Source: Eledone cirrhosa (taxonomy: Eukaryota). Taken from it: a stretch of DNA of 64,000 nucleotides. The first letter of the stretch is position 1; every line of letters starts with the position of its first letter. Positions 57,073 through 64,000 of this stretch are shown here, piece by piece. The notes under the pieces are model-generated. The model ran no database searches and was not told where the DNA came from. It saw only the letters and a program-made list of their open reading frames with translations. The position numbers and the translations under genes are program-made. The stretch spans positions 25,544,001 through 25,608,000 of the forward strand of contig OZ024747.1 of NCBI GenBank assembly GCA_964016885.1. The letters run 5' to 3'.

Positions 57073-57515
57073 CTAAGTGTTAAAAGCAGATAGTTGTTCC
57101 AAGTCCCATAGCTTTTTACAACTAGCTCTCTAGCTAATTTGCTTGCTAGCTAGCTAGGCAGATAGGTAAGTAGGTAGGTGTCCAGTCCAACAAGTAAGTA
57201 GAGAGTAGCTACAAGAACAAGGCCGTCGCCGCCACCGCCGCCGGCGACGACAACAATAACAAAGGTAAAAGGTTCTTCTTCCACTGGCCCCACAACCAAA
57301 AGCAGGGCCACAAACACAGGTACAGGTAGAAATATCCTTGTTGGTTGCTAACTGTTGGTGGTAGTGGCCGAGTTGACCTATATTTCGTTTACGGTACATA
57401 TCCACCAACAACACATTGTGAATACTTGCCAGTTAAGGTAAGACGAAGTTGAAGAAGTTACATACAACCAAAATACAGTCTGGTTTGAGTTGTTTTAGTC
57501 TCCGGCGTCTTCCTC
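57073..57515 (-). other. Candidate spliced non-coding (5'UTR-like) exon of a minus-strand host transcript
   Basis: Unique CpG-rich sequence bounded by TTGTTTATTTCAG| (acceptor, AG at 57517-57516) and AG|GTAAGT (donor at 57072); 443 nt; no through-going ORF seen. Confidence 0.45.
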
Positions 57516-58114
57516 CTGAAATAAACAATACACACATATATAAATTTATATATACATATATATAACAAGAGAATAAATACACACGCAGACATACATATAT
57601 ATACAGGATGTCCCCCAAAAATGTGTACACAAAGACTGCATTCTAATAAATATTGTCTGTACGGGTAGTCAAAATATGTATACGTTTTTGGGGACACCCT
57701 GTAGATAGATGGATACATATACACACACAGGGACGTATAGGCACAGGCGCAAACACACAGAGACATTCAAACTAACAAACAAAAAGAAAAAAAATCAAAC
57801 ACACACAAGTAAATAAACGTACACACACATATAGATTTAAACAGGTACACACATGGATACATGGAGATATAAGCACACAGATTGCCATGCATCACACCAG
57901 CATAATGTAGAACAAAAAATATCAAGCACACGCACAACAGGTAGATAAACATACACACACACAACAGGTAGATAAATACACACACACACACATGGAGATA
58001 TACAAATGGAAACAGTATCCTATATAAACACACACACATACGCACACGTTAGTATAAATGGAGATATAAACAAAGATTGCCATACATAAACACACACACA
58101 TAGACGTAGAAGTA

Positions 58115-59130
58115 GATATAAGTTGTAACGATGAAAGAATGGTATTTAACTAATGTATTGGTACGCGATGGGGCCCACCCACAGCCCCAGCAGACAGAAT
58201 AGAGAAGGCGTTTCCCCGGACGACGGCAAGGGATACGCGCTGGAAAAGCCACTCCAACTCACGGGGCTCACACCTGCGGATGGCCAGCTCAGCGCCTATG
58301 GTGGTGAGTAAGGAGGTAGCCCTGGAGCCGAGGACACCAGAAGTCTCCACTGCCAGGGGAACGACCGCAAACCTGTCGGAGAGCGACCGGTATTTGAGGA
58401 GTTTGGCCCCCTCAGCCTGACGTGCAGCAGAACCTGGGTCAGTCGCAGACTGCACCAAGCTGCGGCTGCAGAAAGTGTCGGTGCAAGTGGCATCCCAGAC
58501 GAGGGGTTTGCCACCGCGGAACGGGAAGATGGTCATGCCATCTGGCCTTTTGCCGTCCCCTCGTACCAGCCCCACCGGCTCGAGCTGGGAAGGGAAGCCT
58601 GCAGCGTCCAAGTCATGCTTAATGACCTCGTTGAGGGCAGTATGGCGTGGAATGCGGCCGGCACTGTGGCGACAGGAAAATGGGTGGAGGCCGAAAGAGT
58701 CCACGGTGGAACCGCAGCGACAGTGGTGTGGCTGGCAGATTCGGAGGCCGAGCCTCAGGGAAACGCCGATTCGCAGGCTATGGTTGTCTAGCTGCGTGCC
58801 AGTGGAGAAGGAGGGCAGAGCATGGAGCCAGGCACCATTGTGGGGTTTGGAAGCCGCACGAAAACAAGCAAGGCGGTGCTGGTCGAGCTGGAGCGTGAGC
58901 CTGTCTGAGGCCAAGCTGCACTGGATAGCATCCCAAGTGAGTTGGGGGGACTTGACGTCAACAGGGGAAGGAGGAGGAGGGACATCTACTGGGCTAAGTC
59001 CCACGTCTCACAGGCGGTCCCACGTTCTCTGAATACAGAGGGTTCTGTTGTGTTTTGAAGAACCCTGCTGATGAGGACACAGCACGAAGTTACCGATGAA
59101 AGATACGCCGGCAAAGCTAGTGAGATCGGG
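58115..59130 (-). mobile_element. 5'-truncated CRE-clade (RLE-type) non-LTR retrotransposon with 13-bp TSD
   Basis: AGACGTAGAAGTA at 58102-58114 and 59131-59143; abruptly GC-rich; encodes a post-RT region and restriction-like endonuclease. Confidence 0.88.
58150..59130 (-). pseudogene. C-terminal part of CRE-type polyprotein: RT thumb end, CCHC zinc knuckle and PD-(D/E)xK restriction-like endonuclease; one frameshift near 59000
   Basis: LALPAYLSS (frame of ORF 58986-59213), then GAWLHALP, LRLG, C-R-C-x9-H-x3-C, RH, RPDG...WD, KxxKY, FQRVSLAVVRGNA (ORF 58150-59004); the track's start at 59004 is a GTG, not a real start. Confidence 0.88.
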
Positions 59131-59488
59131 AGACGTAGAAGTAAAACATGTTTTGAAATAAAACACTCATACACAACAGGTAGATACAAATACATACATA
59201 CATACACAAACATAAACTTGTAAATATATATATATATATATATATATGGAAAAAAAATGAAATTTCATTTCTCACTCTTAGTACGGCTGATACTTAAATA
59301 TAAGTATGTATACGTACATACATATATGTATATATACAGACGTACAGTAGTATGTATATATATACATACATGCACATATATATGTACGTATGGGTTTACC
59401 GAACATTTATTATAATGCTCGGTTTGTTTGTAAACAAACAGCCCGAATTAGTAGCCGTACAGTGTTCGGCAACCACCGTTGCCATTTT

Positions 59489-59575
59489 GTTCAACACTGA
59501 CAAAGGAACGATGAACTAGTTTCTAGCTTATTAGCTGTCATCAGCACCGTATACCTTCCTGTCAGTTGATTGAAC
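59489..59575 (-). ncRNA. Type I hammerhead ribozyme with extended stem I
   Basis: Reverse strand: GTTCAA-TCA-ACTGACA-GGA-AGGTAT-ACGGTG-CTGATGA-C-AGCT AATA AGCT-A-GAA-ACTAGT-T-CATCGT-TCC-TT-TGTCAGT-G-TTGAAC; stem I segments ACGGTG/CATCGT, GGA/TCC, ACTGACA/TGTCAGT, GTTCAA/TTGAAC; palindromic stem III ACTAGT. Confidence 0.78.
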
Positions 59576-59624
59576 GTTTGAAAGTATATACTTTCCTTAT
59601 GCATATTAACGGCTGAGCAGCCTA

Positions 59625-59632
59625 ATTTGCAT
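59625..59632. promoter_or_regulatory. Octamer motif ATTTGCAT/ATGCAAAT about 80 nt upstream of the hammerhead core
   Basis: Exact match to the POU/Oct octamer; function unproven (8-mer in AT-rich DNA). Confidence 0.3.
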
Positions 59633-59770
59633 ATCGAGTGAGTTAGTGGGCCGGGCGTACCGAAAACGATAAATTTCATTTCTCACTCTTAGTACGGCTG
59701 ATACTTAAATATAAGTATGTATACGTACATACATATATGTATACAGACGTACAGTAGTATGTATATATAT

Positions 59771-59822
<52 letters not shown>

Positions 59823-60171
59823 GTACGTATGGGTTTACCGAACATTTATTATAATGCTCGGTTTGTTTGTTTACGGCTAATAATTCGGGCCGTTTGTTCA
59901 CAAACAAACCGAGCATTATAATAAATGTTCAGTAAACCCATACGTACATATATATATATATGTGTGCATATATGTATGTATATATACATACTACTGTACG
60001 TCTGTATACATATATGTATGTACGTATACATACTTATATTTATATATATATATATAACGAAGGAAATGTGGTAAGGAACCAGATGGACCATAACGTACTG
60101 ATATATATATATATATATATATCAGTAGAAAAGGTAAAGGAAAGAAGAGTGCTCTATGTGTAGTACAGAGC

Positions 60172-60245
60172 TATGCCATCTGATGAGCGTACCGGACGTT
60201 TCTGTTAAGATCGTCGAGTTTCCTGAAACCTTTGGTAATGGAATA
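60172..60245 (+). ncRNA. Type I hammerhead-like motif with long imperfect stem II
   Basis: TATGCCAT-CTGATGA-G...GACG..CGTC...T-GAA-ACC TTT GGT-A-ATGGAATA; stem III ACC/GGT, GUA cleavage triplet, stem I TATGCCAT/ATGGAATA (7 of 8 pairs). Confidence 0.6.
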
Positions 60246-60270
60246 ATTATATTGTGTTGTTTATTATGTA

Positions 60271-60310
<40 letters not shown>

Positions 60311-60619
60311 ACACCCCCTTCACCACACACACACCAGTACGCTACACTCCCTCCATCGGCCCCCCCACAACCTTCTCTCCCCGCTCCACCTACACCCTTT
60401 CTCAAACACACACACATCCCACTAACACCTCTACTAATACACACACACCCCTCCTCACTCCAACTTTCACACCTACCCATCCTCTCCCCTGTCCACCGCA
60501 CCTCCGCACACACTGACACACCGACTTTCTTCACTTACCATTCTACCCTACTGCTGCTATGCCTCTCTGACCACCTCCCCGCACACACAGACACACAACC
60601 CTCCTCCTGCCTTGACCCT

Positions 60620-61010
60620 CTGACCACTTCCTGTTGCGCGCGCACCCCACATCTCCCCTCTTCCGACCAATCTCTTCACGGATTACACCTATGTGAACCT
60701 TGATCCCGAGAATCTACCGCATCCCAAGGATTTTACTCAGCATTCCACCACATCCTTTTACGGAATTACCTTTACGACTCACCCCCAGACATACACCCAA
60801 AAAAATTTTTTTTCCCACATGCCACCTACATCCACAACACGCATAAACACCACACACACACGTGCGTACCACCACATATTTACACATTCAGCCTCCGGAA
60901 TCCTCTCCCCCCCACCTCTCTATCCACACACGCATACACACTCCGACCTACACCCCACCCCACACACACCTCTTCCTGAACATGCAACCCCGTTCTTCCT
61001 CCAACCCTTG

Positions 61011-61042
<32 letters not shown>

Positions 61043-61370
61043 ACCTTCAGCCCTCCCCGTCTCCCTCTCCCCACCCGCCACCACCCCTACACGCCCCACA
61101 CCCTTCCACCACCTGTTTTACCCCATTTTAATTTTATTTTGATCATGCCTTTATTTTTAATTTCATTTGCACCGTTTCCTCTCACCCCCTTTTTGCTATA
61201 TGTCTCTCCACCACTCCCCTACACACCCTTTGAACTCTCTTCCCACACACTTTTCACCTGAAGAAGGGCTTATGCCCGAAACGTCGGTCCCCACCACCAC
61301 CCCACTCTTAAGAGCGTGAAACTAATAAACCTTTGTTCGTACTGCCTCTCTTTTGTTCCCGTTCAATTTT

Positions 61371-61375
<5 letters not shown>
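60620..61375 (+). mobile_element. 3' remnant of a Penelope-like (Neptune-type) retroelement: decayed GIY-YIG end, pyrimidine-rich 3'UTR, hammerhead, AATAAA
   Basis: Frameshifted peptides LPVAR, SDQSLHGLHLC and TTSFYGIT resemble the Neptune GIY-YIG tail (PVARHF..SDLSV.GL..T..P.G.N); AATAAA at 61324-61329. Confidence 0.6.
61255..61288 (+). ncRNA. Minimal Penelope-type hammerhead ribozyme motif
   Basis: CTGAAGA-A-GGGC TTAT GCCC-GAA-ACGT-C: intact core boxes, 4-bp stem II, palindromic ACGT stem III, GUC triplet; stem I weak. Confidence 0.75.
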
Positions 61376-61401
<26 letters not shown>

Positions 61402-61490
61402 GCAAAAGTTCTATTTAAAATTGTTGGGATACAACAAGTAAATATTTTATAACTGATATAAAGCACTCGACAAGTTTTTGGAGTAGATAT

Positions 61491-62139
61491 ACGATATTAA
61501 TAACTGGAAACTATATTTATAAAACCATATTGAACAATGTTATTTTCTCATATTATATATCTATGTCCCATTCATGAATATTGATATTTATATTTTTATT
61601 ATTCATTTCATATAAATTGTTAACTCAACTTAATATGACATGACGTAAAGTTGTCACTATCTCCCCCTCTCTCTATATAGTATTTTCTCTCTCTTGAGTT
61701 TTTCTATCTGTATGATGAATTATCTCTCTGTTGCTTTTCTTATTTCTTCCTTTTTTCTTTCTTTTTTATTTCCTCCTATCTATTTATCTCTTTCTTTTCT
61801 ACATACATTTCTCTCTCTCTTCGATATTTCTACAGGTTTTCTTTTTCTCTCTCTCCTTTCTCTCCTTTTTTTCTCTCCGTTTTTTTTCTTTCTTTCTCTC
61901 CGTCTTTTTCTAATTGTGCTTAACACTATAACTAATAAAATAATATAAACATTTCACTATCCAGACAGCTTCCAAAAATAATGGTTGCATTTAATAGGGT
62001 ACGTCAAAATTATTTATAAAACTGTTTATATATTGTATTTTGTCTGATGAAGGCATACCATGTTTTAATTTGGTATCCCTGAAATATGTATAATGAAATA
62101 AATATGGTTTTATAAATATAGTTTCCATTTATTAATATC

Positions 62140-62141
<2 letters not shown>
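61491..62141 (+). mobile_element. Penelope-like remnant bounded by a 41-bp inverted repeat
   Basis: ACGATATTAATAACTGGAAACTATATTTATAAAACCATATT (61491-61531) is the reverse complement of 62101-62141 with one mismatch; contains a CT-rich tract and a hammerhead-like motif. Confidence 0.65.
62036..62100 (+). ncRNA. Type I hammerhead-like motif
   Basis: TATTTTGT-CTGATGA-AGGCATACCA-(10 nt)-TGGTATCCCT-GAAA-TATGTATA-ATGAAATA; stem II 9 of 10 pairs; stem I pairs with two G-U. Confidence 0.65.
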
Positions 62142-62196
<55 letters not shown>

Positions 62197-62561
62197 GCTT
62201 TCTGATTTAGGCCAAATATTTTAGGGGAGGAGAAAGTCGATTAAATCGACCCCAGTGCGTTTCTGGTACTTTATTTTATCGACCACGGGGTGAACGGCAA
62301 AGCTAACCTCGGCGGGATTTGAACTCAGAACGTAAAGAGCTGTACAGAGGCACAGGCATAAGCATGAAGATATATATAAGCACACAAATGAAGACATAAT
62401 CATGCAAATACGAATAGATACACATACAGGTAAATATATATATAGGTAAATGACATAACTGGTATTAGTTCAAGGAGACAACAAACAGAGGTACAAAAAG
62501 TCTTATTAGTTTGACGCTTTATATTGGAAAGAGGAAAGAAAGTTCAAGGTGTCAGGCCTAT

Positions 62562-62606
<45 letters not shown>

Positions 62607-63179
62607 GATATAATATAATTAATTGAAGTGAAAAACTATTTTCAGCCTAGCATGAGTTGATGGGTTAGCATGGGCCAAGTCATTACTTAATTGGAGATAC
62701 TGTCCTCTCGTAGACAAGTCAAGTACCCACATTCCGCTTACATACGTACAGAGATGAAGACGAGGATTATATAGAGTAATACCCTGCTTAGTACTACCCT
62801 ATCTTGCATTGATTCACGACTACGCTCTTTTAAGTGACATATAGTCCTACATTGATATCAGATATTACGAGTCACACTCATGCACACTCTCATATATACC
62901 TGAATTGTTCACAAAATCCAGGTATATCCCTCATGACTAGAAAACAGTTGTAACTCAAAGTTCATCTAAGAAAATTCATCTAAGGTGTTGAAAAAAAGCA
63001 TCAAACTGCTTGCAGAGCTGTCAACTCTTTCCACTTTGGGGGTGGGTGAGAGATGTCTTCTCTTGTGAAAATGGGTATAGCTTTCATTATGTAAAATCTT
63101 TTCATTTTGCCTCATTTTTCCCCGTTTTGGAGTACTTTTTTTTTTCACGGTACTCCCCGTTTGGGTTTTTAGAGGTTGG

Positions 63180-63957
63180 ATGTAAAACTGCTAGTATTGA
63201 AACAATTGGTAAGCCTTGAAAATTGGCCATACCAACAATTAGAAAAATGTAGAGAAAATAAAAACTTCTGCCATGACTATCTCATTGTTATCAACAAAGG
63301 TGGCTTGATAGAAGGTGTATCTGCTATATAAGTGAATGAAGAAACGAAATGTAACATACCACTAAGTCAAACCCTAATCCACTTACAAAAGAAAGAGATA
63401 ATACTGAAGCATTCACAGCAAGCTGAGGCAGGTTTTAAAAATTCAAACGACAGCATAACCTACACATAATTATATCCAGTGAATTTACAGGTGCAAACAC
63501 TAAGGCAGCTTAGAAAACTCCCCCAGTTTCTTAAGAGTATAATCAAGCATTACAACTACCCTAAAAAAAACTTGTATTGGAGCCAGATGAAACAGGTCTT
63601 TCTGGAAAAGAATGCCATTCTGCATTTTCATCAACAGAGAACAAATAATGTGCTTCTTGTTTCAAGGTGAGAACAGACTGTTTACACAACTTTTTGGTGT
63701 GTGCTCATTTATCATTCAGAAACATCATAGCCAATGAAGGAAATATCATAAATGCATGTGCTCGTGATTTGGAAATTAAACAAGAAAGCCTGGTTGACAA
63801 TACTAATTTTCACACGGTGTTTTCTTTTTTTTATCATACATTTTCATATAGTAAAATTTTATCTGTTGAAGATCTGCATGAGTTCGCTCAACAACACATC
63901 TTGAATGAACCTAAAGACCTTACTGTGGAATCAATGGTATCAGAGAAAAATACTTAG
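63180..63957 (+). pseudogene. Decayed Tigger/pogo-family transposase (CENP-B-type HTH and start of DDE domain), internally deleted
   Basis: Across frameshifts and stops: NIPLSQTLI...EAFTAS*GRF*KFKRQHNLH...ANTKAA..LPQFLKSII...DETGLFWKRMP..IFINREQ..FK..DCL, then C-terminal-like SYSKILSVEDLHEF. Confidence 0.82.
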
Positions 63958-64000
63958 TACTGAATTCCTCAGTACCTGCATCACCAAAATTAAGGAAAAC

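Larger units (their letters stand above)
59260..60042 (-). mobile_element. Non-coding hammerhead-bearing element: ~1.5 tandem 411-bp monomers plus an inverted partial copy (retrozyme/Penelope pLTR-like)
   Basis: 59260-59431 repeats directly at 59671-59870; 59871-60042 is the reverse complement of ~59295-59459; flanked by (TA)n. Confidence 0.8.

Noticed and set aside
58422-59032. Plus-strand ORFs overlapping the CRE element
   Set aside because: Antisense shadows of a GC-rich coding sequence; all conserved motifs are on the minus strand.
59491-59679. 62-aa ORF with KESIYF resembling a GIY-YIG C-terminus
   Set aside because: Similarity limited to a few residues; other GIY-YIG motifs absent.

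Overview
AT-rich, repeat-dominated eukaryotic DNA. The SINE/MITE/microsatellite make-up suggests a cephalopod (Octopus-like) genome; this is an inference from remembered repeat families, not a database hit. I recognise no intact host protein-coding exon, and almost all long ORFs in the track are by-products of tandem repeats. Contents: large mini/microsatellite arrays (1-2460, 3490-6270, 26745-27306, 28780-30178, 36042-37132, 41443-43185), at least three tRNA-type SINE families, TTAA-specific piggyBac-like MITEs, Tc1/mariner/pogo MITEs, an RTE LINE 3' fragment, a decayed Tigger/pogo transposase (63180-63957) and a GC-rich, 5'-truncated CRE-clade retrotransposon with a 13-bp TSD (58115-59130). 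The most interesting region is 56.1-62.6 kb. It is a chain of small elements separated by (TA)n tracts, carrying five hammerhead-ribozyme-like motifs plus one truncated relative. One is a non-coding 411-bp-monomer, retrozyme-like element with a long, well-paired type I hammerhead and an octamer motif (59260-60042). Candidate minus-strand non-coding exons (57073-57515; 43.8-46.5 kb) suggest the window may lie within the 5' part of a large gene. All coordinates were read by eye and may be off by a few bases.
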